A DNA stretch of 64,000 bases, taken from NCBI GenBank assembly GCA_020852955.1, contig JADYZW010000054.1, positions 11,139 through 75,138 of the forward strand, in the 5' to 3' direction. The notes under the pieces are model-generated. The model saw nothing but the letters and a program-made list of their open reading frames with translations, was not told the origin of the DNA and did no database searches. Each line of letters opens with the position of its first letter. Position 1 is the first letter of the stretch. Below, one piece after another: positions 40,648 through 49,625 of this stretch. A program made the translations under genes and the position numbers. The stretch comes from Deltaproteobacteria bacterium. Its GTDB lineage: Bacteria; Desulfobacterota; Binatia; UTPRO1.

Positions 40648-41367
40648 TCACCGCCGGACCTGCATGGCGCCGCCCGCGGCGGACGGCGACAACGGCCGGA
40701 TGCATCCCGGCCCGTCCGTGCGCGCCGCGTTCACGAGCTTCGAGACCGGATACGCCTCCATCGCGTCCTCGGGGTAGGGCCGCAGCAGAGCCCCGAGGTC
40801 GGCCGGTGACGCGCCGCGCGCGATCCACGTCGCGCGCGCCTCGAGAGGAACGATCACCGGCATGCGGTCGTGGATCGGCGCGACCACGCCGTTGGCCTCG
40901 CACGTGACGATCGCGCAGGTGATGAGCGGCGCACCCTCCGCGGCCCTCCAGCGCTCCCACACCCCGGCGAAGCCGAACGGCCGCCGCGAGCGCAAGCGGA
41001 TGAACCAGGGTTGGCGCCCGCGGCCGTCCCGGCGCCACTCGTAGAAGCCGTCCGCCACGACGAGGCAGCGCCGGCGCGCGAACGCGTCTCGAAACGTGCG
41101 GTTCGTCGCGATCGTCTCGGCGCGGGCGTTGATCGCGCGCGGCCCGCCCTTCGGGTCGCGCGCGAACCACGGCACGAGCCCCCAGCGCATGACGCCCGCT
41201 GCCGGGGTTCCGACGCCCGCCGACGTCGCCCCCCGCGCGACGACGAGCACCTGCTCGCTCGGGCACACGTTGAAGCGCGGCTCCGCCGGCGCGACCGTCT
41301 CGATCCGGACGCCGAACTCCTCGGCGATCGCCTGCGGGGGGCTCGAGCGCGTGAAGCGGCCGCACAT
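40648..41367 (-). CDS. SOS-response-associated peptidase (SRAP/YedK family, abasic-site DNA-protein crosslink)
   Basis: Start chosen so the protein begins MCGRF (catalytic Cys2). ..RFNVCPS.., MRWGLVPWFA, INARAETI, RRCLVVADGFYEW. Confidence 0.85.
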   Translation of the reverse strand: MCGRFTRSSPPQAIAEEFGVRIETVAPAEPRFNVCPSEQVLVVARGATSAGVGTPAAGVMRWGLVPWFARDPKGGPRAINARAETIATNRTFRDAFARRRCLVVADGFYEWRRDGRGRQPWFIRLRSRRPFGFAGVWERWRAAEGAPLITCAIVTCEANGVVAPIHDRMPVIVPLEARATWIARGASPADLGALLRPYPEDAMEAYPVSKLVNAARTDGPGCIRPLSPSAAGGAMQVRR

Positions 41368-41432
41368 CGCCGCCACCGTAGCGCAGGCCGGTCGGCCTTG
41401 ACACCGTCGACGCGGACGGCGAGGGTCACGCG

Positions 41433-42596
41433 ATGCTCGCCAGCGCCGACGAGATCCTGACGACCCACGCCGGCAGCCTGCCGCGTCCGCCCGAGCTCCT
41501 CGACCTGCTGGTGCGCCTGAGTCGTCGCGAGCCCCTCGACGACGCCGCGCTCGCGGCGGCCGTCGAGCGCGCCACGCGCGACGCCGTCGCCAAGCAGCTC
41601 GCCGCCGGCATCCACGTCGGCAACGACGGCGAGCAGCCGCGCGAGAGCTTCCTCTCCTACGTTCAGCACCGGATGAGCGGCTTCGGGGGCGCGAGCCAGC
41701 GGCCGATCATGCGCGACATCACCCGCTATCCGAGCTTCCTCCACCTGAAGCTCCCCGACTTCGGCCGCACCATGGTGAGCCTGATGAACGCGCCCCAGGC
41801 GATCGGGCCGGTCGCCTACACCGAGCGCCGCCACGTCGAGGAGGAGTGCGCCCTCCTGGCGCGCGCGACGGCGGAGCAGCCGGCGACGTTTCGCGAATGC
41901 TTCATGACCGCGGCGTCGCCCGGCATCGTGGCGGCGGCGATGCTGAACGCCTACTATCCGACCTACGACGAGTACGTGACCGCGGTCGCCGACGCGCTCG
42001 CGACCGAGTACCGGACGATCGTCGCGCACGGCTACGTGCTGCAGATCGACGCGCCCGACCTGGCCATGGAGCGCCACACCTCCTACGCCGACCGTCCGCT
42101 CGCCGATTTCCTGCGCTTCGTCGGCACCAACGTCACGGCGCTCAACCGCGCGCTGCGCGACATCCCCGAGGAGCGCGTGCGGCTGCACGTCTGCTGGGGC
42201 AACTACGAAGCCCCGCACGACGACGACGTGCCGCTCGCCGAGATCCTGCCGCTCCTCTACTCCGCGAACGTCGGCGCGCTCGTCGTCTCGCTCGCCAACC
42301 CGCGCCACGCCCACGAATGGCGCTGCTTCCGGGAGTACCCGCTGCCGGCCGAGATGTTGCTCGTCGCCGGCGTCGTCGACCCGACCACCAACTACGTCGA
42401 GCACCCCGGGGTGGTCGCCGACCGCATCGAGCGCGCCGTCGAGGCGGTCGGCGATCCGCGTCGCGTGCTCGCGACGCCCGACTGCGGGTTCGCGACCGCG
42501 GCCGGGCTCGGCGAGGTGGCCGAGGAGGTCGTGTGGCTGAAGCTCCGCGCGCTCGCCGAGGGCGCGCGCCTCGCGAGCCGGCGCCTGTTCGCGTGA
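41433..42596 (+). CDS. Cobalamin-independent methionine synthase family protein (MetE C-terminal-domain-like, single domain)
   Basis: TTHAGSLPRP, GNDGEQ, HVCWGNY (His/Cys Zn ligands), ATPDCGF (Cys ligand). Confidence 0.8.
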   Translation: MLASADEILTTHAGSLPRPPELLDLLVRLSRREPLDDAALAAAVERATRDAVAKQLAAGIHVGNDGEQPRESFLSYVQHRMSGFGGASQRPIMRDITRYPSFLHLKLPDFGRTMVSLMNAPQAIGPVAYTERRHVEEECALLARATAEQPATFRECFMTAASPGIVAAAMLNAYYPTYDEYVTAVADALATEYRTIVAHGYVLQIDAPDLAMERHTSYADRPLADFLRFVGTNVTALNRALRDIPEERVRLHVCWGNYEAPHDDDVPLAEILPLLYSANVGALVVSLANPRHAHEWRCFREYPLPAEMLLVAGVVDPTTNYVEHPGVVADRIERAVEAVGDPRRVLATPDCGFATAAGLGEVAEEVVWLKLRALAEGARLASRRLFA

Positions 42597-43378
42597 GCCG
42601 CCCTCCACACGGTCCGCGCGCGGCGCGCGCCGGGCGGGGCGCGTTCGCGGCGTGGCTCGCCTGCGCGTGCCTCGCGCGCCACGCGGCGGCGGAGCCCCTG
42701 GCGCCCCCGATCGGCGCCCTCGCCCCGAGCCCGGCCGCCTCCGCTCCCGCGCCGGCCGCGACCGCCGCGCCGTTCGCCGCCACCCCCGGAAGCGCGCACG
42801 ATTTCGCCGACGTCGCCCAGTGGCGCCGCGTCTTCGACGATCCCGCCCGCGACGGGTGGCAGAAGCCGCGCGAGCTCGTCGCGGCGCTCCGCATCCGGCC
42901 CGGCGCCTGGGTCGCCGACCTCGGCGCCGGCACCGGCTACTTCAGCCGCTTCCTCGATGCGGCGGTCGGACCGCGCGGCGTCGTCTTCGCCGTCGACACC
43001 GAGCCCAACCTGGTCGCCCACCTCCGGGCTCGCGCCGAGGAGGAGCGCACGCGGACGATCGTGCCGGTCCTGGCCTCGTTCGACGATCCGCGCCTGCCGC
43101 CGAACGCGCTCGACCTCGTCCTGCTGGTCGACACCTACCATCACCTCGACGATCGCCGCGCCTACCTCGCGCGGCTCGGCGCGGCGCTGAAACCTGCGGG
43201 CCGCATCGCGATCGTCGACTGGAAGCAGGGCGCGCTCCCGATCGGCCCGCCGCCCGCCCACAAGCTCGCCCGCACGCAGGTGATCGACGAGATGCGTATC
43301 GCCGACTGGCGGCTCGTCGAGGAGCCGGCGCTCTTGCCGCATCAGTACGTCCTGGTCTTCGTGCGCGGCGGCCGTTGA
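42593..43378 (+). CDS. Class I SAM-dependent methyltransferase with an N-terminal signal-peptide-like segment
   Basis: GTG overlapping the upstream stop (GTGA); there is no in-frame ATG in the N-terminal region. ..AFAAWLACACLARHAAAEP.. then VADLGAGTGYFS (motif I), VFAVD, LVLLVDTYHHL. Confidence 0.65.
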   Translation: MSRPPHGPRAARAGRGAFAAWLACACLARHAAAEPLAPPIGALAPSPAASAPAPAATAAPFAATPGSAHDFADVAQWRRVFDDPARDGWQKPRELVAALRIRPGAWVADLGAGTGYFSRFLDAAVGPRGVVFAVDTEPNLVAHLRARAEEERTRTIVPVLASFDDPRLPPNALDLVLLVDTYHHLDDRRAYLARLGAALKPAGRIAIVDWKQGALPIGPPPAHKLARTQVIDEMRIADWRLVEEPALLPHQYVLVFVRGGR

Positions 43379-43410
43379 AGCCGCCGGATCCGCATGCGAT
43401 CACCGGACGT

Positions 43411-44577
43411 ATGCGACCGACGCATGCGCTCGCCGCGCTGGCGCTCCTCGCGCTCGCGGGCTGCCATCCGGCGGCCGCGAGCCCGCGCGCGGTGCCGGCG
43501 CCGGCCGAAGTCGCGGCCGGCGTCCGGCTCACGCGCATCGCGACCGGCCTCGCGAAGCCGGTCGCGCTCGCGTTCGCGCCGGGCGACGCGGGCGGACGCC
43601 TCTTCGTAGCCGAGCAGACCGGAACGATCCGCGTCGTGCGCGACGGCGTCGTCGATTCGGAGCCGTTCCTCGACCTCACGGCGCGGGTCTCCCCGAGCGC
43701 TGGCGCGCGCCACTCGGAACAAGGGCTCCTCGGCCTGGCGTTCCACCCGCGCTTCGCCGAGAACGGCTGCCTCTTCGTGAATCTCACCGACCCGACGGGC
43801 GCCACGCGCGTGCTCGGGTTCGCCGCCCGCCGCGGCGATCCGGATCGCGCCGATCCGGCGAGCGAGCGGGAGGTGCTGCGCGTCGACCAGCCGTACGCCA
43901 ATCACAACGGCGGACATCTCGCGTTCGGACCCGACGGAGTCCTCTACGTCGGCCTCGGCGATGGCGGCTCCGCCGGCGATCCCCGGGGGAACGGACAGAA
44001 CGCCGACGCCCTCCTCGGGAAGCTCCTCGCGCTCGACGTCGACGGGCCGCCCAACGCGCACCCCCGGACGATCGCCCTCGGCCTCCGCAACCCGTGGCGC
44101 TACGCCTTCGACCGCGCGACCGGGGATCTCTGGATCGGCGACGTCGGCCAGCACGCGTTCGAGGAGATCGACGTCCTCTCCCCGGCAATGCGCGCGGCGG
44201 CGGTCCCGACGAACTTCGGCTGGAACGTCGTCGAAGGCCTGCACTGCTTCCGGGCTCCGACCTGCGACCAGCGCGGCTTCACCCCGCCCGTCGCCGAGTA
44301 CGGCCACGACGACGGCTGCTCGATCACCGGCGGCTACGTCTACCGCGGCCGGCGCCTCCCCGCCCTCGTCGGCCGCTACTTCTACGCCGACTACTGCACG
44401 GCGATGATCCGCAGCCTGACCTGGGACGGGCGAACCGTGCGCGAGGTGTGGGACTGGCGCGCGGCGCTCGACCCCGAACGGCGGCTCGCGAACCTGTCGT
44501 CGTTCGGCGAAGACGCGGCGGGCGAGCTCTACCTCGCGTCGATCGACGGCGACGTGTACCGCTTCGACCCGCGCTGA
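43411..44577 (+). CDS. PQQ-dependent sugar (glucose/sorbosone) dehydrogenase-like beta-propeller lipoprotein
   Basis: Lipobox LALLALAGC. EQGLLGLAFHP, HNGGHLAFGPDGVLYVGLGDGG, GLRNPWRYAFD, ITGGYVYRG. Confidence 0.85.
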   Translation: MRPTHALAALALLALAGCHPAAASPRAVPAPAEVAAGVRLTRIATGLAKPVALAFAPGDAGGRLFVAEQTGTIRVVRDGVVDSEPFLDLTARVSPSAGARHSEQGLLGLAFHPRFAENGCLFVNLTDPTGATRVLGFAARRGDPDRADPASEREVLRVDQPYANHNGGHLAFGPDGVLYVGLGDGGSAGDPRGNGQNADALLGKLLALDVDGPPNAHPRTIALGLRNPWRYAFDRATGDLWIGDVGQHAFEEIDVLSPAMRAAAVPTNFGWNVVEGLHCFRAPTCDQRGFTPPVAEYGHDDGCSITGGYVYRGRRLPALVGRYFYADYCTAMIRSLTWDGRTVREVWDWRAALDPERRLANLSSFGEDAAGELYLASIDGDVYRFDPR

Positions 44578-44604
44578 CCACGCGCGGGCGCGCGGCGGCG
44601 ACGC

Positions 44605-45381
44605 TCAGATGCGCAGGCTGCCCGTGTTCAGCCGGCCGCCGCCGTCGACGTGGATGACCGCGCCGTTCACGTAGCCCGCGCGATCGGATGCGAGAAAGGC
44701 GACGAGCTCCGCCACCTCGCGCATCGTCCCGATCCGGTTCGCCGGAATGCCCTTCACGACTCGCGCCCGGAGATCGTCGGGCATCATCTGCACCAGCTCG
44801 GTCGCGACGAGGCCGGGAAGCACCGCGTTGCACGTGATGCCGTCGCGCCCGTGCTCGAGGGCGACCGTCTCGGTGAGCCCGAGGAGGCCGGCCTTGCTCG
44901 CCGCGTACCCCGACTGATGGCGCCAGCCGCCGGTCGCCGCGACCGAGGAGATGTTGACGATGCGCCCCCAGCCGCGCGTCGCCATCGCGCCGAGCACGGC
45001 CTGGGTCAGGTGAAAGGCGCCGCCGAGGTTCACCGCAAGGTCACGCTGCCAGTCGGCCGGCGGCATCGCGGCGAGCGGCGCGACGTTGTGGACGATCGCG
45101 GCGCAGTTCACCAGCACGTCGATCGGGCCGAGCCGATCCCGCAGCGTCCGCAGGCCCTCCCGGACCGCATCGGCGTCCGCGACGTCGAACACGGCCGCCT
45201 CGGACAACCCACCCGAGTCGCGGATCGCGACCGCGGTCGCCTCGACCTCGGCGAGAACGTCGTTGACGCCGACCGCCGCGCCGCGCTCGGCCAAGAGCTC
45301 GGCGATCGCGCGGCCGATGCCGCGCGCTGCGCCGCTCACGAGCGCGGTCTTCCCCGCCAGGTCCTGGACCGCGGCGCTCAC
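44605..45381 (-). CDS. Short-chain dehydrogenase/reductase (FabG-like)
   Basis: The GTG start overlaps the upstream stop (GTGA). SGAARGIGRA, NCAA, YAASKAG, NAVLPG. Confidence 0.85.
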   Translation of the reverse strand: MSAAVQDLAGKTALVSGAARGIGRAIAELLAERGAAVGVNDVLAEVEATAVAIRDSGGLSEAAVFDVADADAVREGLRTLRDRLGPIDVLVNCAAIVHNVAPLAAMPPADWQRDLAVNLGGAFHLTQAVLGAMATRGWGRIVNISSVAATGGWRHQSGYAASKAGLLGLTETVALEHGRDGITCNAVLPGLVATELVQMMPDDLRARVVKGIPANRIGTMREVAELVAFLASDRAGYVNGAVIHVDGGGRLNTGSLRI

Positions 45382-46202
45382 CGCTCCTCGCCGCGCAGGG
45401 TGCGCATCGGTCGGCCGAGTTCCTCGAGCAGCCGCGCGCTGTAGGCGACGCGCCCGGTCGTCGTCGCCGGATCGCAGCACGCGAGCGCCAGCGCCGCTTC
45501 GGCCATGACCTCGATCGGCTCCACCATCGAGGCGGGAAGCCACCGGTCGATGCCCTTTGCCCGCACGCCCGGCGTGAGTACGGCGGCGACCGGCGCGAGC
45601 GCGTTCACCGCGATGCCGTCCTCCGCGAGCTCCGCCGCGAGCCCGGTCGTGAAGCGGTTCAGCGCCGCCTTGCTGCTCGCGTAGAGCAGATGGCCGCCGG
45701 TGCGCTCCCAGTCGATGAAGGGCGGGCCCGCCGGGTGCTCGGCGGTCGCGGACGACACGTTCACGATCCATCCGCGCCGCCGCGCCCGCATGTCGGGGAG
45801 CACGAGCTGGCAGAGCTCGAATGGCGCGCGCACGTTGCACTCGAACGTGCGGGAGAAGTCGCGGGCGGTGAAGGCCGCGAAGGCGCGATACGGCCCCGTC
45901 GCGGCGTTGTTGACGAGAACGTCGATGGGGCCGAGGGCGGCCCGCGCCTCGGCGACGACGCGCGCGCGCGACGCCGCGTCGAGCACGTCGCCCTGGATCG
46001 CGACCGCCCGTCCCCCGGCGTCGGCGATGCGAGCCACCGTCTCGCGCAGCGTGCCGGGGAGCGTCGGGGGGTGCGCGTCGAGGCTCCGGGCGACGGCCGC
46101 GACCGCCGCGCCGGCGGCCGCGAGGCGCTCCGCGATCGCCGCGCCGATGCCCCGGCTCGCGCCGGTCACGAGCGCGATCTTCCCCGCGCACTCGCCGCTC
46201 AC
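45378..46202 (-). CDS. Short-chain dehydrogenase/reductase (atypical, long substrate loop)
   Basis: The GTG start overlaps the upstream stop (GTGA). TGASRGIGAA, NNAA, YASSKAAL. Confidence 0.8.
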   Translation of the reverse strand: MSGECAGKIALVTGASRGIGAAIAERLAAAGAAVAAVARSLDAHPPTLPGTLRETVARIADAGGRAVAIQGDVLDAASRARVVAEARAALGPIDVLVNNAATGPYRAFAAFTARDFSRTFECNVRAPFELCQLVLPDMRARRRGWIVNVSSATAEHPAGPPFIDWERTGGHLLYASSKAALNRFTTGLAAELAEDGIAVNALAPVAAVLTPGVRAKGIDRWLPASMVEPIEVMAEAALALACCDPATTTGRVAYSARLLEELGRPMRTLRGEER

Positions 46203-47173
46203 GGCACCAGGACGACCTTTCCCTTCACGCGCCGGGCCGCCAGGTCGCCGAGGGCCTCGGCGACGCGCGCGAACGGATAGGCCGCGGAGATGCGGGGTTT
46301 CAGCTTGCCGGCCGCGTACCAGTCCAGAAGCTCGCGAATGTTGGCCTGATGCCGCGCGGGTTCGCGCATCGTGAACGAGCCCCAGAAGACGCCGACGATC
46401 TGCGCGCCCTTCAGCAGGACCAGATTCAGCGGGATCTTCGGAATCGGACCCGCGGCGAAGCCGATCACCAGGAAGCGCCCTTCCCAGGCGATCGCGCGGA
46501 AGGCCTGCTCCGAGAAGGCGCCGCCGACCGGATCGTAGACGACGTCGACGCCGGCGCCGCCGGTGAGCGCCTTGATGCGCTCCTTCAGGTCCTCCTTGGA
46601 ATAGTCGATGCCCTCGTCGGCGCCGTGCTCGCGACAGACCCGGAGCTTCTCGGCCGACGACGCGGCCGCGATCACCTTCGCGCCCATCGCCTTGCCGAGT
46701 TCGACCGCCGCGAGGCCGACGCCGCCGGCGGCGCCGAGCACCAGCAGGGTCTCGCCCGGCCGTAACGCCGCCCGGTCCTTCAGCGCGTAATGCGACGTCC
46801 CGTAGGTGAACAGGAACGCCGCCGCGACGTCGAACGGCATCGCGTCGGGAATCGGCACGCAGAGCCGGGCGTCGATCGCGATCGCCTCGGCGAATCCGCC
46901 GAAGCCGGGCGCGCCGAGGACGCGGTCGCCGGGCTTCAGCGTCGTCACCTGGGCGCCGACCTCGCGCACGACGCCCGAGATCTCGCCGCCCGGCGAGAAC
47001 GGCAGCGGCGGCTTGAACTGGTATTTGTTCTCGATGATCAACAGGTCGGGGAAGTTGACCCCGCACGCCTTCACGTCGACCAGGGCCTGCTGGTCGGTGA
47101 TCTCCGGGGTCGGGAGCTCCTCGACGACGAGGCGTTCCGGTGGTCCGAACTCCCTGCAAACGACGGCGCGCAT
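46199..47173 (-). CDS. NADPH:quinone oxidoreductase / zeta-crystallin-like medium-chain dehydrogenase
   Basis: ATG at 47173 with a GGAGG RBS. MRAVVCREFGPPE.., GVNFPD, PFSPGGEISGVV, LGAAGGVGLAAVELGKAMGA. Confidence 0.85.
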   Translation of the reverse strand: MRAVVCREFGPPERLVVEELPTPEITDQQALVDVKACGVNFPDLLIIENKYQFKPPLPFSPGGEISGVVREVGAQVTTLKPGDRVLGAPGFGGFAEAIAIDARLCVPIPDAMPFDVAAAFLFTYGTSHYALKDRAALRPGETLLVLGAAGGVGLAAVELGKAMGAKVIAAASSAEKLRVCREHGADEGIDYSKEDLKERIKALTGGAGVDVVYDPVGGAFSEQAFRAIAWEGRFLVIGFAAGPIPKIPLNLVLLKGAQIVGVFWGSFTMREPARHQANIRELLDWYAAGKLKPRISAAYPFARVAEALGDLAARRVKGKVVLVP

Positions 47174-47289
47174 GCGTGTCCTCCGAGGCGCGGTTGTTAC
47201 CGCCCCGGTCTCCGCGACGCAAATCACTGCGCCGGAACCCGCCGCCGCCATTTCCCTTCCGTCCGCATCACCTCTATAGCTGCGCGTCC

Positions 47290-48006
47290 ATGTTCAGAGA
47301 CGCGTTCGGACGGCTGCGGGCGATCCGCTGGGGGATGATCAATCTCGGTGGCTATCTCACCGTGCTGCAGCTCCGGGTCTTGAACCGCCTGCGGATCGAG
47401 GGCGTCGAGGTCCTGCAACAGCTGCCCTCGCGCGGTGTCCTGCTGGTCTCGAACCACCTGACCCACTACATGGACTCGATCGTCGTCTTCCACTCGGTGA
47501 GCTATCTCCGCCGCCCGTACCTGCTCTGGCCGCGCACCGACCTCTACATCGTGGCGGCGCTCGAGACGATGCGAGCGCAAGGCTGGCTGCCACGCGCCAT
47601 GGCGTACAACGGCACCATCTGCGTCAAGCGATCGTGGAAGGAAGGCGATCGGAGCGTCCAGCGCCCGGTGGACCCCGAAGACGTCCGGAAGATCGGCGTC
47701 GGCCTGGCCGGCGGCTGGGTCCTCACCTACCCGCAGGGCACGACCACGCCGGACGCGCCCGGGCGGATCGGCTGCGCGCGCATCATCAAGGAGTTCCGTC
47801 CGATCGTCGTCCCCGTACGGCTCGAGGGGCTGCGGGAGGCCTTCGACAAGACCGGGCTCAAGCTCCGGAAGCTCGGGTGCGATCTGAGCATCCGCTACGG
47901 GCGCCCGCTCGACATCGACTACGACGGATCGCTCTCCGACATCCTGCGGGCGGTCATGCTGGGGATCGGCGAGGCCGATCCGGCCGCCATGCGCGTGAGC
48001 GCGTGA
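47290..48006 (+). CDS. Lysophospholipid/glycerol-phosphate acyltransferase family (PlsC-like) protein with a variant His-Asp motif
   Basis: LLVSNHLTHYMD (H-x5-D rather than the canonical H-x4-D by my count), YPQGTTTPD (block III PEGTR-like). Confidence 0.7.
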   Translation: MFRDAFGRLRAIRWGMINLGGYLTVLQLRVLNRLRIEGVEVLQQLPSRGVLLVSNHLTHYMDSIVVFHSVSYLRRPYLLWPRTDLYIVAALETMRAQGWLPRAMAYNGTICVKRSWKEGDRSVQRPVDPEDVRKIGVGLAGGWVLTYPQGTTTPDAPGRIGCARIIKEFRPIVVPVRLEGLREAFDKTGLKLRKLGCDLSIRYGRPLDIDYDGSLSDILRAVMLGIGEADPAAMRVSA

Positions 48007-48051
48007 GCGGCGTCGCCCGGCGACGTCCGCGCCGACCCTCCCGCGCGCGGC

Positions 48052-49077
48052 TCAGGCGAGTCCGAGCGCGCGGTCCTGCGCTTCCGGATCCGCGTCCTCG
48101 AATTCGAGGATGCCGAGGCGGTCGAAGGCGTCCCGGACCCGCGGACTCAGAAGCCCGAGCCGCTTCAGATTGGGTACGATGCGCATGAAGAGCGACCGCC
48201 GGAAGTCCATGAAGGGCTTCGACGCGAGCACCTGCTGCCGCACCTCCTCGCGGTTCCAGCCCATGGCGTGCGCGATCTGGTCGCCGACGAGACGATCGCG
48301 CGAGAGCTCGCAGGCGTAGAGGATGAAGTCCTCGCGGTCCCTGAGCTCGTTCGCCGGCATGTCCTTGTAGTAGTCGGAGAGCGAGAGCACGCCGAACGCG
48401 ACGTGCCGCGACTCGTCGCGCATCACGTAGTGGACGAGCTCCTTCAGGAGCGGCTCCGACGTGATCTGATAGAGGTTGCCGAATGCCGCCATCGCGAGCC
48501 CTTCGATGACGATCTGCATCCCGAGGTACTTGAAGTCCCAGCGCGAGTCCTTGATGGTCGCGTCGAGCAGCTCCTTCAGGTTCTCGTTGATCGGCCACTG
48601 CCACTCGAGCTTCTCGTTCAGGTAGCGGCTGAACACCTCGACGTGGCGGGCCTCGTCCATCGTCTGGGTGCCGGCGTAGTACTTGGCGTCGATCCACGGC
48701 ACCGCGCCGACCAGCTGCGACGCCACGATGAGCGCGCCCTGCTCCCCGTGCAGGAACTGCGAGAGCTGGAGCGCCACCTGCGCGTGCCGCAGGCGATTCT
48801 TCTCCCGCTCGGTCAGGCGATCGTAGGGCGCGTACCCCTGCAGCGGGTTCAGCATCTCGGGCAGGATGCCGTGCTCGGGATCGACCTCGGTGCTCCACGC
48901 GAGCTGCTCGGTGCCGTTCCACTGATCCCGCTTCGCCTTCTCGTAGAGGTCGCGGAGGCCGTCCTTCACGCTCCCGTAGTTCCAGGCGTAGCTGGTGTCG
49001 AAGGAGGTGAGGATGGTGTCGAGCTCCTGATCGAGGCCGTCGAGCTGGTTCACGGTCGAGTTGCTGGCGATGGGCAT
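48052..49077 (-). CDS. Ferritin-like diiron oxygenase (AurF/R2-like four-helix-bundle family)
   Basis: Carboxylate/His ligand pattern: LHGEQGA, MDEARHVE, VIEGLAMA, RDESRHVAF (two E...ExxH sets). Confidence 0.7.
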   Translation of the reverse strand: MPIASNSTVNQLDGLDQELDTILTSFDTSYAWNYGSVKDGLRDLYEKAKRDQWNGTEQLAWSTEVDPEHGILPEMLNPLQGYAPYDRLTEREKNRLRHAQVALQLSQFLHGEQGALIVASQLVGAVPWIDAKYYAGTQTMDEARHVEVFSRYLNEKLEWQWPINENLKELLDATIKDSRWDFKYLGMQIVIEGLAMAAFGNLYQITSEPLLKELVHYVMRDESRHVAFGVLSLSDYYKDMPANELRDREDFILYACELSRDRLVGDQIAHAMGWNREEVRQQVLASKPFMDFRRSLFMRIVPNLKRLGLLSPRVRDAFDRLGILEFEDADPEAQDRALGLA

Positions 49078-49158
49078 GGTCGCTCCTATGGCGTGGGGGT
49101 CGTACGTCCGCGGAGGACTACGTCATGTGCCGGTCCAACGGAAGCCGAGGGCCGGCGA

Positions 49159-49524
49159 TCAGCGGCGGGTCGGGATCACGTGCCGCACCCCGCCGCGCGG
49201 GTCGGGATGGTCCCCGGTATAGCGCGGGATCAGATGGAAATAGGCGTGTCCAACCGCCTGGCCGGCCGCCGGGCCGTCGTTCACGCCGACGTTGTAGCCG
49301 TCGGGGCGGTGTTGCTTGGCGAGGTGCTCGCGCTCGCTGCGCAGGAGCGCATGGCAGGCGGCCACTTCCGCGCTGGTGAGATCGAAGAAACTCTCGCTGT
49401 GACGCTTCGGGATGATCAGGGTGTGGCCGGGTGACGCGGGCTCGAGGTCGCGCACCGCCACCGCCAGCTCGTTTTCGGCGAGCACCCGATCGCCCAGGTC
49501 ACAGAAGGGACACTCGTCGCTCAT
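49159..49524 (-). CDS. HIT-family protein with a variant histidine triad (H-x-Y-x-H)
   Basis: CPFC zinc motif, HTLIIPKRH, GQAVGHAYFHLIPR (aligns to GQxVxHxHxHxxPR). Confidence 0.8.
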   Translation of the reverse strand: MSDECPFCDLGDRVLAENELAVAVRDLEPASPGHTLIIPKRHSESFFDLTSAEVAACHALLRSEREHLAKQHRPDGYNVGVNDGPAAGQAVGHAYFHLIPRYTGDHPDPRGGVRHVIPTRR

Positions 49525-49625
49525 GGGTCGCTCCTTCTGATGGGTTCGCTCGTGGGCAGGCCTCCCACGTTAGGCGAGACCGCCGCCGCGATCAATCGAC
49601 CCAGGCTCGACGATCGGGGGCGAGT

